Positions 18,744 through 28,984 are shown, numbered from the stretch's first letter. The stretch is 64,000 bases of DNA from Nitrospirota bacterium (GCA_963790025.1 CAWBMP010000004.1:96001-160000); one strand, 5' to 3'. The notes: generated from the letters alone by a model not told the origin. A program made the numbers and translations.

Positions 18744-20264
18744 TCATTCCTGCAGCCATTCCTTCAGTACCATCGCTGCCGTGCGCGGGTCTTTTTTCAC
18801 CACCTCCGTCACTTGTTCTTTCCTCAAAGCTTCAGTACTGACTTCTGTCTCAACCGCCGAAGGCACTACCGGCTGCACCTCTTTGGGTGACGGGGCAATT
18901 TTCGGTTGGGCTTTCAGCGTCTCTATAACAGGTTTGATGACAAAGAAAATGATCAATACGATCAGGACGAGAGGCACCATATATTTTAATACGGAGAGCG
19001 CGGCCCTCATGTAATCCGTTTTCTCGACTTCTTCGGGCACCGTTTCAAAGGGAACATTCTCTACAATCACCTGATCGCCACGATCTTTATTGAATCCTAT
19101 GGCAGCCTTTATTATTTCGTCATATTTCTTTAATTCCTCATCACCCCTGGCCTGGTATACTGTTTTATCCTTCACTTTTTTATAGGTGCCGTCGACAAGC
19201 ACGGCAACGGACACGCTTTTAACTTCACCCCGCGGCTGGATTATCTTGCTGACACTCCTGCTTACTTCGTAATTTATATTTTCAGTAGTCTTCTGTGAGG
19301 AAGAAGATGAAGATGAGGGAGCTGCAACTGCAGCTTGAGGTCCCGGCTGGTTTGAAAGCACACCAGGAATGCCGCCACCGCCACCGCCACCGCTGCTTTT
19401 TTCCGTGTTGCGTTGTACGCTGCGCATGGCTATTGTGTCAGGATCGAAACTTTCTTCGGTCTTTTCGACTTGCGCGTAATCTATCTTTGTCGCAGCCCTG
19501 ACAATCACTTTGCCTTTTCCGATAATGCCCTCAAGCATGCTTGCCAGCTTGCTTTCGTAATCCTTGTCCACTGCTTTCTGGTAATCACGTTGTTTCGCAT
19601 CGACAGTGGCATCCCCATCAGCAGGCCTTGAAAGCATGTTACCCATGCTGTCTATTACCGCCACATTATCAGGGGACAAGCCTTCAACAGCGCTCGAAAC
19701 CAGGTGCAAAATACCGCCTATCTGTCCCTGGCTCAAGACTCTCCCCGTCCTAAGTTTCAAAACAACAGAGGCGGTAGGCCTCTCTTCTTTTTCTGTAAAA
19801 ATAGTCCGTTCGGGTATAGCTATATGCACTCTTGCCTGGTCCACTTCGGAAAGTTGCCGTATTGTCCTTGCCAGCTCGCCCTGCAACGCCCTTATATAAT
19901 TCAACCGCTGAACAAATTCAGTCACACCAAGCTGGTTCTTGTCAAATATCTCAAAACCGACCCCTCCCCCGGAAGGAATGCCCTGAGCAGCCAACTCAAG
20001 CCTGAGTTCATAGACTTTATTACCAGGAACATAAATGGCATTTCCATCTACCTTGTAAATCACCTTCATGTCTTTTAATTTATTGATGACCTGACCGGCA
20101 TCTTCCTGGGTCAGATTACTGAAGAGGACCTGGTAGTCAATACGCTCACTCCACAGCATGATCCCTGCCATGAGAGCTATGGTAAGTGCAATAACAGAAC
20201 AAAGGGCTATTTTCTTCTTAAGCGGCCATGTTTTTATTTGATTCAGCACATCATTCCATGCCAT
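18744..20264 (-). CDS. fliF: MS-ring protein FliF
   Basis: GFEIFD, RALQGELARTI, ARVHIAIP, PTASVVL; two TM segments. Confidence 0.97.
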   Translation of the reverse strand: MAWNDVLNQIKTWPLKKKIALCSVIALTIALMAGIMLWSERIDYQVLFSNLTQEDAGQVINKLKDMKVIYKVDGNAIYVPGNKVYELRLELAAQGIPSGGGVGFEIFDKNQLGVTEFVQRLNYIRALQGELARTIRQLSEVDQARVHIAIPERTIFTEKEERPTASVVLKLRTGRVLSQGQIGGILHLVSSAVEGLSPDNVAVIDSMGNMLSRPADGDATVDAKQRDYQKAVDKDYESKLASMLEGIIGKGKVIVRAATKIDYAQVEKTEESFDPDTIAMRSVQRNTEKSSGGGGGGGIPGVLSNQPGPQAAVAAPSSSSSSSQKTTENINYEVSRSVSKIIQPRGEVKSVSVAVLVDGTYKKVKDKTVYQARGDEELKKYDEIIKAAIGFNKDRGDQVIVENVPFETVPEEVEKTDYMRAALSVLKYMVPLVLIVLIIFFVIKPVIETLKAQPKIAPSPKEVQPVVPSAVETEVSTEALRKEQVTEVVKKDPRTAAMVLKEWLQE

Positions 20265-20362
20265 CAATTAAACCCCGCAATAACGTGCTGCTTACAGCGC
20301 ACTGCGTTCCAAAGTCCGTTTCGGGGGCTTTTCACGCAGTGCGCTGTAAGCAACACGCGAAT

Positions 20363-20659
20363 TTATACCTGCATGCCCATAATTTGACTATATGCAGCCA
20401 GGAGCTTGTTTCGTACCTGAAGCAAGGTTTGCATGGAAACATCGGCCTTTTCCATGGCAACTACGACGGTATGCACATCCTTAACGTTGCCTTTTGAAAA
20501 ATCCTGGATAGCGTTATCAGCATCATTTTGAACTTCCGACACGGCCTTTATTGCATCCTTTATGGCTGTATCAAACGATGCAGTTCCTTTCTGGACCGTT
20601 TTTGAAGCTTCAGGAATGCCCTGCTGTATATCTCCCACGACCTTTCCGATTTCATTCAT
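20363..20659 (-). CDS. fliE: Hook-basal body protein FliE
   Basis: DVHTVVVAMEKA..QVRNKLLAAY..IMGMQV. Confidence 0.95.
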   Translation of the reverse strand: MNEIGKVVGDIQQGIPEASKTVQKGTASFDTAIKDAIKAVSEVQNDADNAIQDFSKGNVKDVHTVVVAMEKADVSMQTLLQVRNKLLAAYSQIMGMQV

Positions 20660-20670
20660 AAAAACCTCCG

Positions 20671-21078
20671 TTACACTTTAGTAATATCAAGTGTTTTCAT
20701 AAACATATCTTTATACGATGCCATCAGAGTCAGGTTCGCCTCATAGGAGTGAGTAGCGTCTATGAGATTGACCATCTCCTCCATAGTATTCACATTAGGG
20801 TAGCTTACAAAGCCATCTTTATCGGCATCAGGATGACCAGGTTCATAGACCTTTTTAGGGGGCCTCTGGTCTTCAACAATTTTCGAGATATTGACGCCAA
20901 CGGAACTCGCGTCATAGAGATACGATTCGAATCTCACATCCTGCCTTTTGTATGGCCCGCCGGCTGGAGTCGAAGTCGAGTTAACATTAGCTATATTGGA
21001 AGCAATAATATTCATTCTTATCTTCTGAGCTTCAAGTCCGGTTGCACTAACTTTTAACGGCAAAAACATATCTTCCAT
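20671..21078 (-). CDS. flgC: Proximal rod protein FlgC
   Basis: IASNIANVNST, GPYKRQ, YEPGHPDADKDGFV.YPNVN. Confidence 0.97.
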   Translation of the reverse strand: MEDMFLPLKVSATGLEAQKIRMNIIASNIANVNSTSTPAGGPYKRQDVRFESYLYDASSVGVNISKIVEDQRPPKKVYEPGHPDADKDGFVSYPNVNTMEEMVNLIDATHSYEANLTLMASYKDMFMKTLDITKV

Positions 21079-21167
21079 TTAAAACCCCCGTTCAGCGTGC
21101 GGCGAACAGCTTACTGCGTCAAAAGCCTCTAAAGCGGACCTTGGAACGCTGTAAGCAGTACGCGTTT

Positions 21168-21506
21168 TTATGGTGCTGTTAACACATTCTTTATCATGCG
21201 GATTTTCATACTCATTAACTGGGTCCCCGTGTCGTATAATAACGTATTTTCGGCAACCTTTGCCATCTCAATATCGAGATTTACCGTATTACCGTCTCTC
21301 TCAGGCAATGTTGTTCTGGACTCATAGACCTCGTACCCTGAATTTCCGTCTGAACTAATCGCCTTTTGCATCTCTTTCTGGAACGATATATCTTGTGCCT
21401 TATACCCGGGTGTGTCCGCGTTGGCGATATTTGATGTCAACACTTTATTCCTGTACGCAGTAACGTCAAGCATATGTTGAAGTGTTGTTAACGGATCGTT
21501 CGGCAT
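21168..21506 (-). CDS. flgB: Proximal rod protein FlgB
   Basis: SNIANADTPGYKA, DGNTVNLDIEM. Confidence 0.96.
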   Translation of the reverse strand: MPNDPLTTLQHMLDVTAYRNKVLTSNIANADTPGYKAQDISFQKEMQKAISSDGNSGYEVYESRTTLPERDGNTVNLDIEMAKVAENTLLYDTGTQLMSMKIRMIKNVLTAP

Positions 21507-21549
21507 TACATCCCTCCTTCTCGGTAAAATAGCAGACGCTGTTTTATAT

Positions 21550-21564
21550 GCAATTTTTATTCCT
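21550..21564 (-). promoter_or_regulatory. Probable sigma-54 promoter for flgB operon
   Basis: Minus strand AGGAATAAAAATTGC fits GG-N10-GC with TTGCA at -12. Confidence 0.55.
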
Positions 21565-21597
21565 GAAATTCGTTAATAAATTATTGTCTTTTTACAT

Positions 21598-21746
21598 ATC
21601 ATCAAACTCTTAAAAAAAGTCCTCCAGTCTGTGATTGCGAGCAGGGCAAAGCGATCTCTCAGTTTATAACTCATTGAAAAAATGAGATTGCCATGTCGCT
21701 TAACTCCTCGTAATGACAATGGTAAAGACTTTTTATATGTTCGTCA
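21598..21746. repeat. Degenerate REP-like palindromic element
   Basis: Nested arms AAAAAGTC...GACTTTTT, GTGATTGCGAG...CTCGTAATGAC and GCGATCTC...GAGATTGC. Confidence 0.6.
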
Positions 21747-21800
21747 CAGTTAATTGCTTGATAATTCGACCAGGTAATTTTTTCCTGATCAGCCAATTAA

Positions 21801-23108
21801 CTATTCACCCATATACTCCTCGTCACGAATAGTATACTCCTTTATCTTGTTCCTGACGGTCCGGACTGTTTTCCCTAATAATCCTGCAGCCTTTGTCTTA
21901 TTCCCGCCGGTTTTTCTGAGTGTCTCAATTATTAATTCCCGTTCCATGTCTTTAATGGTTCCAGTTTTGGCAGCATCCGCAGCCGCTTCATTCTTCGACG
22001 GTCCACCGGACGGCTGGGCGGACGGAGGCGTTAATACTTCTGCCCGAGATATAACCGCAGTCCTGTAAATAAAATTATCAATTTCCCTGGCATTGCCTTC
22101 CCAGTCAGCATCAAGAATATATGATTTAAGCTCATCTGAGAGTGAGAAGTGTTTGCTCATCTTGACAGACAATTTCTTCAGAAAGAACTCTGCCAAAGGG
22201 ATGATATCGTTTCGACGTTCCCTGAGAGGCGGCAGCTTCAGGGGGAAAACATTTAACCTGTAATAAAGGTCCTCCCTGAAACGCCCCTTTTTCACTTCGG
22301 CGAGAAGATCGCAATTTGTTGTAGCAATGACCCTCACATCTACGGGAATAGGTAATCGGCCCCCTATGCGGTCTATCTCTCTTTCCTGAATTGCCCTAAG
22401 CAGCTTAGCCTGCAAAGAATGCGCCATTTCACTGATTTCGTCCAGAAGCAGTGTTCCATGATTGGAAAGCTCAAACTTGCCCATGTGCCGGTCTACTGCA
22501 CCGGTAAAAGCGCCTTTTTCGTGACCGAACAATTCCGATTCCAGAAGGTTTTCGGAAATAGCGGCACAATTGATGGCAATAAAAGGCTTGTCGGCCCTGA
22601 GGCTGTTCCTATGGATAAATCGGGCAATTACCTCTTTGCCGGTCCCGCTCTCTCCCGACAACAATACGGTAATATCGCTTTTTGCCACTTCCTTTGCTAT
22701 AGACAGCAGATTTTTCATCTCCGATGATTGAGCGACAATATCGGCGTCATCCGACGGAAGTATCCGGTCGATCACCAGTCTGAGCGAGTCGAAAGAAAAC
22801 GGTTTCATAATGTAATCAGTTGCTCCGAGTTTCATGGCATCTACGGCATTCTCAACGGTGCCAAAGCCTGTGATGACAATCACAGGAACAAAAATATGCC
22901 GTTTCCGTATTTCCTGGAGAAACTGGATTCCGTTCATCTTCGGCATCTTCATGTCCGTGATGATCAGTGAGAAATTCATGAGGTTGCAAGACGCAAGGAC
23001 TTCTTCCGGGTTGTGATATACAACAGGATCAAAACCGAACCGCTTCAGCGATTCCTTGAGAGCAAGCGCCATATCGACTTCGTCATCAACTATTAAAACT
23101 GATTTCAT
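21801..23108 (-). CDS. Sigma-54-dependent response regulator (FleR/FlrC-like)
   Basis: REC (DD, D, K), GESGTGKE, GAFTGA, Fis-type HTH; directly upstream of flgB. Confidence 0.9.
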   Translation of the reverse strand: MKSVLIVDDEVDMALALKESLKRFGFDPVVYHNPEEVLASCNLMNFSLIITDMKMPKMNGIQFLQEIRKRHIFVPVIVITGFGTVENAVDAMKLGATDYIMKPFSFDSLRLVIDRILPSDDADIVAQSSEMKNLLSIAKEVAKSDITVLLSGESGTGKEVIARFIHRNSLRADKPFIAINCAAISENLLESELFGHEKGAFTGAVDRHMGKFELSNHGTLLLDEISEMAHSLQAKLLRAIQEREIDRIGGRLPIPVDVRVIATTNCDLLAEVKKGRFREDLYYRLNVFPLKLPPLRERRNDIIPLAEFFLKKLSVKMSKHFSLSDELKSYILDADWEGNAREIDNFIYRTAVISRAEVLTPPSAQPSGGPSKNEAAADAAKTGTIKDMERELIIETLRKTGGNKTKAAGLLGKTVRTVRNKIKEYTIRDEEYMGE

Positions 23109-23135
23109 TTCATTTTTCTCCGAAAAACCTGACCA

Positions 23136-24239
23136 TTAACTTTTTATCTCCGGCAAGGTAATCACAAACTCCGTACCGACCCCAGAGCTGCTCCTAACCT
23201 CTACGCTACCCTCGTGGGCCGCTATAATGCTGGACGTTATTGACAAGCCGAGGCCGGTCCCCCTGTCTTTTGTCGAAAAGAAGGGTTCAAATATCTTTGA
23301 CCTCGTCTCATTGTCCATGCCGGGACCGTTGTCACGGACCAGAATTTCGGCTGCCTCAGGCCTGACCTCGGAATGACGGATTTCAACGGCTATGGTCCCT
23401 CCCTCAGGCATTGCCTGGACCGAATTCAAAAGTATGTTGATCAACGCCTGCCTTATTAATCCCTTGTCAGCATAGACAGAATGACGTCCGTGTTCTATAA
23501 ATTCAAGTCGCACATTACTTCCCGAAAACAATTCTCTGAATTCCCCGCAAATTTCATCAACAACTTCGTTTAGCAAGCACTCTTCCCGGCGAGGCTTTAT
23601 CTCTCTCGAAAATCTTAGCATGTTATCGAGTGTATTGACGAGCGATTTTACCGAATTAGATATCCTATTTGCATAATCACCGTGTGTCGTGCCCTTGAGG
23701 TCACTGGAGATGAGATTTGCAAACAGCTCTATGCTGCCAAGCGGGTTCCTGATTTCGTGGGCAATTTTTAACACTAACTCGCCCATTGCACTTAGCCGCG
23801 CGTTTCTTTCGCTTTCCGATTCAAGTTGTTTAAGCCTTGAAATATCTTTAAATATCAGTACATGCCCGACATTCTGATCTTCGGAATCGTTGACAGCAAA
23901 ACGGGACACAATGGCATAAAAAGGCTTGCCGTTTTCGGGCAGTATCATGTCATCGTTAATCTCGGCGCGGAGCGAGTCACCCCCTACGATTTCGCCTGCC
24001 TTCACAGAAAGCAACTGTTCTACAGCGCTATTAACCAGACGTATAATCCCCTGATTATCAAAAAAAACAACTCCGACATCAATGCTGTCCAGAATGCTGT
24101 TGAGGAGCCGTTTCTTGTGATCTACCTCTTCGGTCAGCAATATGACCTTGTCTTCGAGCGTCTTGTAATAGTGTGACAGCGTCGCCGAAGCAGAATTAAA
24201 GCTTTCGATCGCTTTGTTGAGCAGTTCTATATCAGCCAT
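23136..24239 (-). CDS. Soluble PAS sensor histidine kinase (FleS/FlrB-like)
   Basis: N-terminal coil (ESFN..S..L..YY..LE), PAS, HEIRNPL, HATPase boxes. Confidence 0.88.
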   Translation of the reverse strand: MADIELLNKAIESFNSASATLSHYYKTLEDKVILLTEEVDHKKRLLNSILDSIDVGVVFFDNQGIIRLVNSAVEQLLSVKAGEIVGGDSLRAEINDDMILPENGKPFYAIVSRFAVNDSEDQNVGHVLIFKDISRLKQLESESERNARLSAMGELVLKIAHEIRNPLGSIELFANLISSDLKGTTHGDYANRISNSVKSLVNTLDNMLRFSREIKPRREECLLNEVVDEICGEFRELFSGSNVRLEFIEHGRHSVYADKGLIRQALINILLNSVQAMPEGGTIAVEIRHSEVRPEAAEILVRDNGPGMDNETRSKIFEPFFSTKDRGTGLGLSITSSIIAAHEGSVEVRSSSGVGTEFVITLPEIKS

Positions 24240-24337
24240 AATTAATCAGGCATAGGCATAGGTTAAGATTGAGAATAAAATTTTTTTCTTCACTTTATTC
24301 TTTTACTCCACCTTTACCTTTTCCTTTACCTCTCTTT

Positions 24338-26035
24338 TTATTCACCTTTAATTAATAATTTGGCAGCTTCTCCCACTGCCCCGCCGCCATTAGCGGCCTT
24401 TTTCAGATACTCTTTGTCATTGGTCATTTTGCCGTACTGGTAGTAAGCCCACTGGCGGCTCTTCTCATCGGGAAGCCCCAGACTCAGGGCCCGTTTATAA
24501 TACACACGTGATTTGGAAAGATTCCCTGAGAGGAATAGCAGATCACCCGCCTTAAGCGCAGCGACCGCATCGCCGTATACGTCAGAAGCCACTTTGTAAT
24601 ATTGCAATGCCCTGGCCTTGTCTCCGGTCTCAAGATATAAATCTGCGATTTTATTGCTGATCCTGGCGCTTTTTGAATATTTGTTTGCCTTTTCCAGATA
24701 ACCGATAGCGCCTTGCAAGTCGCCTTTTTGGCTCAATATGTCAATCATGAGAAACGTCGCCTTTACAAAATATCTGTTGTCCAGCAAAAGAGGGGCCAGA
24801 GTTTTTTCGGCTTCGCTGTATTTACCATCTTTGAAAAGCATTTGGGCCATTAACAGCGCGGCATCTCCTTCCTGAACACCGTGCATCGCCTTATTGAGCA
24901 GTAAATTGCCCTCCAATTTTTTTCCGTTTTCGATCAGGTATTGTGCGGCAGTAAGAATGAAAGGGCTTTCCTGGCTGATCGAAGCCAGGAATTTGAGAAG
25001 GCATTCCGCAGCCTTAGGATCTTTGGCGGCAATAAGCTGCCTCAGTCGCTTTTCAATTTCTGACGACCGTTTTCCCTTGTCCTTCAGCAGACTCGCATAT
25101 CTCAATGCATTTTCTCTATCTCCCTTTTTATCGTAAAGCGAGGCTATGGACATTTTAACGCTGTCGTCTGTTTCGTAAGGCCCTAAATCGAGATACAATT
25201 TCAGAGCATCATCCACCCTTCCCTTACCTTCATACACTTTGGCAAGAATTTTCTGTGCCTTCTGTTTCTCGATCATGGATACAGGGTCTGCAATGATGGA
25301 CTCACACAGTTTCTCTGCCCTATCCATCCGCGAAGCGTTAAAATAAATCAATGCCTTGTCCGCCCTCAAGTCCTCTTCTCTCAATATTACATCGAAAATT
25401 TTATTGATAACGCTCACTGCCTCTTTGTGCATTCCCTTTTTGCTTAATATGACGGCCTGTACATAGAGCGCCCGTGGATTGCGTCCCAGCTCTTTTTTGT
25501 CCATGGCGTTAATGATGGATTCCGCAGCCGCAACATCATCGCGCTTAAGGGCCACCTCTGCTCTTCCTATATCAGCTTTTTGTTTTAAAGGAGCGACTAC
25601 CTGCTCAAAATAATGCTGTGCCTGATCGAATTTTTTGTCATACATTAAGATATAGCCCGTGAGTAAAAAGGCCTCGTCCACATACTCAGACTGAGGGAAG
25701 GCCAGTAAAAAGCGCTGCAGATTCAGACGCGCTTCAGAATAGCGCTTCAGTTTGTAATCAGTTCTCACCATGCCCCACAATGCACGTTCGGAAAACGGGC
25801 CCCTCCTGTTGTTAATAAAAACTCCCCGATAAATCTCTTCCGCCTTATTGTAGTGTCTGGTCTTATAAAAGTAGTCTGCTGATTTCAGCGGATCTTCGGC
25901 AGCAAATGAGCGAATGGGTAAAAAGGTAAATGAGCAGATGAGTAAAAGTGTAAATGAAAGGTCAATTATCTGACATAGAGTCATTAGCAATCTCTTGCAA
26001 GTGTTATTTTTATGACAGTTTATCCATTCTCTCAT
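24338..26035 (-). CDS. Exported TPR-repeat protein
   Basis: Signal-like segment ending SFA-AE, multiple TPR-like helices; start uncertain. Confidence 0.75.
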   Translation of the reverse strand: MREWINCHKNNTCKRLLMTLCQIIDLSFTLLLICSFTFLPIRSFAAEDPLKSADYFYKTRHYNKAEEIYRGVFINNRRGPFSERALWGMVRTDYKLKRYSEARLNLQRFLLAFPQSEYVDEAFLLTGYILMYDKKFDQAQHYFEQVVAPLKQKADIGRAEVALKRDDVAAAESIINAMDKKELGRNPRALYVQAVILSKKGMHKEAVSVINKIFDVILREEDLRADKALIYFNASRMDRAEKLCESIIADPVSMIEKQKAQKILAKVYEGKGRVDDALKLYLDLGPYETDDSVKMSIASLYDKKGDRENALRYASLLKDKGKRSSEIEKRLRQLIAAKDPKAAECLLKFLASISQESPFILTAAQYLIENGKKLEGNLLLNKAMHGVQEGDAALLMAQMLFKDGKYSEAEKTLAPLLLDNRYFVKATFLMIDILSQKGDLQGAIGYLEKANKYSKSARISNKIADLYLETGDKARALQYYKVASDVYGDAVAALKAGDLLFLSGNLSKSRVYYKRALSLGLPDEKSRQWAYYQYGKMTNDKEYLKKAANGGGAVGEAAKLLIKGE

Positions 26036-26047
26036 ATACGTGTTTAC

Positions 26048-27043
26048 TTATAGATCCAATCGTTTCATTTTCTCGATTAATGTAGTGCGGTTGATATTAA
26101 GATATTTTGCAGCCTGGCTCTTAACCCCTTTATATAGCTCCAGCGCGTGGAGAATAAGTCTTTTTTCATAACCCACAAGTGCGGCATTAAGGTCTATGCC
26201 GCTCACAAAGGGGTTGCTATCGTCATCCTCAACATCAGGGAATTCCGGTATCCGCTTTCCTGTCATGCTTTCAGGTAAATCGGCAGGCTTCACTACGTCA
26301 TCGTCCTTGAGCACAAGAAGTCGCTCTATGGCGTTTTCAAGCTCCCTGACGTTGCCGGGCCATGAGTAACCGGCTAAAACCTTTGTCGCCTCCTCGGTAA
26401 TTGTTATAGGGTTTCTTCCAAATCTTTGTGAGTATTTATCGATAAAGAAGCTGCAAAGCAGAGGAATATCATCTGTCCGATTCCGAAGAGGAGGTATTTC
26501 TATTGGAATGACATTAAGGCGGTAGAAGAGATCTTCCCTGAAACGTCCGCTTTTAACAGAAGTCTCAAGGTCCTGATTGGTTGCTGCGATTATTCTAACG
26601 TCTACATTGATCGTCCTGGTACCGCCTACCCGTTCAAAGGAACGTTCCTGCAGCACCCTGAGGAGCTTCACCTGCAGTATCTGAGGCATCTCCCCGATTT
26701 CGTCAAGAAGTATCGTTCCCCCATCGGCAAGCTCGAACCTGCCAATCCTGGTCGCGATTGCACTGGTAAATGCACCCTTCTCATGGCCGAACAATTCAGA
26801 TTCAAGCAGATCTCCCGGAATTGCCCCGCAATTTACCGGGATAAACGGCCTGTCCGCCCTGTCGCTATGCAGGTGAATGGACTTGGCAATGAGTTCTTTA
26901 CCGGTACCGCTCTCACCTGAAATAAGAACGGTACTCTGACAGCAAGCCACTTTGGCTGTTAACTCGTAAATACGCTTAATACCGGGGGAATTTCCAACAA
27001 TACTGACGGGACTGACGCTTCCTGAAGAGGTACCGTAACCCAT
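26048..27043 (-). CDS. Sigma-54 activator without N-terminal regulatory domain (FleQ/FlrA-like master regulator candidate)
   Basis: AAA+ begins at about residue 15; GESGTGKE, NCGAIP..LLESELFGHEKGAFTSA, RTTLIEKMKR HTH resembling FleQ. Confidence 0.8.
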   Translation of the reverse strand: MGYGTSSGSVSPVSIVGNSPGIKRIYELTAKVACCQSTVLISGESGTGKELIAKSIHLHSDRADRPFIPVNCGAIPGDLLESELFGHEKGAFTSAIATRIGRFELADGGTILLDEIGEMPQILQVKLLRVLQERSFERVGGTRTINVDVRIIAATNQDLETSVKSGRFREDLFYRLNVIPIEIPPLRNRTDDIPLLCSFFIDKYSQRFGRNPITITEEATKVLAGYSWPGNVRELENAIERLLVLKDDDVVKPADLPESMTGKRIPEFPDVEDDDSNPFVSGIDLNAALVGYEKRLILHALELYKGVKSQAAKYLNINRTTLIEKMKRLDL

Positions 27044-27078
27044 GTCATAAATATGACATAAATGATATCAAATGTCAA
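27044..27078 (-). promoter_or_regulatory. Putative sigma-70 promoter overlapped by GTCA-N6-TGAC operator
   Basis: TTGACA (27073-27078, minus), 17 bp, CATATT; palindrome ATGTCA-TAAATA-TGACAT abuts the ATG. Confidence 0.5.
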
Positions 27079-27098
27079 TAAATTTTTGTTACACTTCA

Positions 27099-28901
27099 TT
27101 AACTTCCAGTTTGACACCACATACGCCATACATCCCTAACTGCCTGTGTCCACATTCGCGTAAATCGCTTACCATCACAAAGTGAAGATTTTTCCATACT
27201 GCAGCGCAAATTGCTCCTGAGTCGGGAAAGCATTTCCAGGTCTGATGCAGTTTTCAGAGCTATGTCTAAATATTCTTCTTTTGTTTTTGCAGTTAAATAT
27301 TGCAACCCAAGCTGGGCATTAATGCTTGCTCCCTGACGTCCAAGAGCAGTCTGTCCATATAACGTAACGACAGGAACTCCCATCCACAGCGAGTCACAAC
27401 TCGTAGTGCCGCCGCTAAAGGGGAATGGGTCCAACGATATATCTATTTCATTAAATGCGGCCAGATATTGATCGTGTGGCGATGACGGTAAGAAATCGAT
27501 TTGCTGAGGGTCTATGCCGTGTGTACAAAACAAATCCCGATAATACTTCATTGTCGGGTTATCACTCAACGACCTGTTTTTCAGAACAAGCCTCGATGCA
27601 GGCATCTTTCTTAACAGTTCACACCAGACACTTATCACCTCGTCATTGATTTTTGCCAGATTATTGAAACATCCAAATGTGATAAAACCCCTTGTCAGGA
27701 CCGGCGGGGGCCCAATCTGAGGCGCATATCCATGAGGGGCATAACACAGAAACCCATCGGGCAACCTGATTATTTTTTCCGTAAAATAAACTTCTTCTCC
27801 CTCCGGAATGCATACATTGTCCGACATCAAATAATCAATCGCGGAAAGCCCGGTAGTGCCTGCATAGCCTATCCATGAGATCTGAACAGGGGACGGCCTG
27901 AAGGCAAAGACAGGCAGCCGATTATTGGAAGTATGCCCGCCCAGATCAAACAAAATATCAATCGCGTCTCCGTGAATGAGTTGTGCCAGCGCCTCATCCG
28001 GCAAGCCAATGACCCGCCGCCAAATCCGCGCTGTTGACCTGATTCGGGCGGTCATCTCATCCTCTCTATTTGAATTTGAGTAGCAGATAACTTCCATCTC
28101 GCCGGGGTCAATATTTTCAAAAACACTGACAACAAAAAAACTGACCGGGTGCCGGTTCAGATCGGATGAAACAAATCCCAGACGCAGCGGGCGGTCCGGA
28201 TCGCAACTATTTAAGTGTGACTGCCGATTATAAAGTGCCCGGCCGAAAAGCCGGGCCCCGAATTCTTCATGCCATAGTTTGAGGTAAGCATTGTTTACGC
28301 CGGATTGATATTGCAATGCCAATAAAAGATTGCTGTGTGCCTCGTTGAAATCGGGTTTCAAAGACAGAGCACGGCGATAACAGGCTATTGATTCCTCAAG
28401 CCGCCCCTGAGCGTTAAGCGCATTGCCCAGATTGTTATGGGCTAAATGAAAATCCGGTTTTAGGGACAGAGCACGGCGGTAACAGGCTGTTGCTTCCTCA
28501 AGCTGTCCCTTTCCCTGCAAAGCCAGGCCAAGGTTGTTGTGTGCCTCGGGAACTTTAGGATTTAAGGATAAAGCACGTTTGTAACGCGCTATTGCTTCGT
28601 CCAATTTATTGAGGGCCCTATAGGCTTCGCCGGCATTAGTATAAAAAGATGCTGCCATTGGCTTTAGTGCTATCGCTTTTTCAATAAACTCGATCGCCTC
28701 TTCGTTTTTTCCGGCTCTTAGGGCCATAACTCCGAGCAAATGCAATGCATCGGCATTGTTTTTGTCCACGCGCAATACTTGATTATAAATATCTTCCGCT
28801 TGTTGCAACTCCCCCTTCTGATGGTGCCTTACGGCTGATTGCAGGGCATCGGAAATATTGAAGGATTGCTTCTGGCTGCTACTTTTTATTTTTTTTACCA
28901 T
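27099..28901 (-). CDS. TPR + O-GlcNAc transferase/SPINDLY-like (GT41) glycosyltransferase
   Basis: TPRs (AHNNLG), LRLGFVSSDL..HPV, DLGGHT, FGCFNNLAKI, DISLDPFPFSGGTTSCDSLWMGVPVVTL. Confidence 0.9.
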   Translation of the reverse strand: MVKKIKSSSQKQSFNISDALQSAVRHHQKGELQQAEDIYNQVLRVDKNNADALHLLGVMALRAGKNEEAIEFIEKAIALKPMAASFYTNAGEAYRALNKLDEAIARYKRALSLNPKVPEAHNNLGLALQGKGQLEEATACYRRALSLKPDFHLAHNNLGNALNAQGRLEESIACYRRALSLKPDFNEAHSNLLLALQYQSGVNNAYLKLWHEEFGARLFGRALYNRQSHLNSCDPDRPLRLGFVSSDLNRHPVSFFVVSVFENIDPGEMEVICYSNSNREDEMTARIRSTARIWRRVIGLPDEALAQLIHGDAIDILFDLGGHTSNNRLPVFAFRPSPVQISWIGYAGTTGLSAIDYLMSDNVCIPEGEEVYFTEKIIRLPDGFLCYAPHGYAPQIGPPPVLTRGFITFGCFNNLAKINDEVISVWCELLRKMPASRLVLKNRSLSDNPTMKYYRDLFCTHGIDPQQIDFLPSSPHDQYLAAFNEIDISLDPFPFSGGTTSCDSLWMGVPVVTLYGQTALGRQGASINAQLGLQYLTAKTKEEYLDIALKTASDLEMLSRLRSNLRCSMEKSSLCDGKRFTRMWTQAVRDVWRMWCQTGS

Positions 28902-28984
28902 GCATTCCGTATAGACTTCACTGCAAATACTGTCTTAGTGTCTGTTTTATTTTAGCCACAATAAAAGCTCTTTCGACCCTTGCT

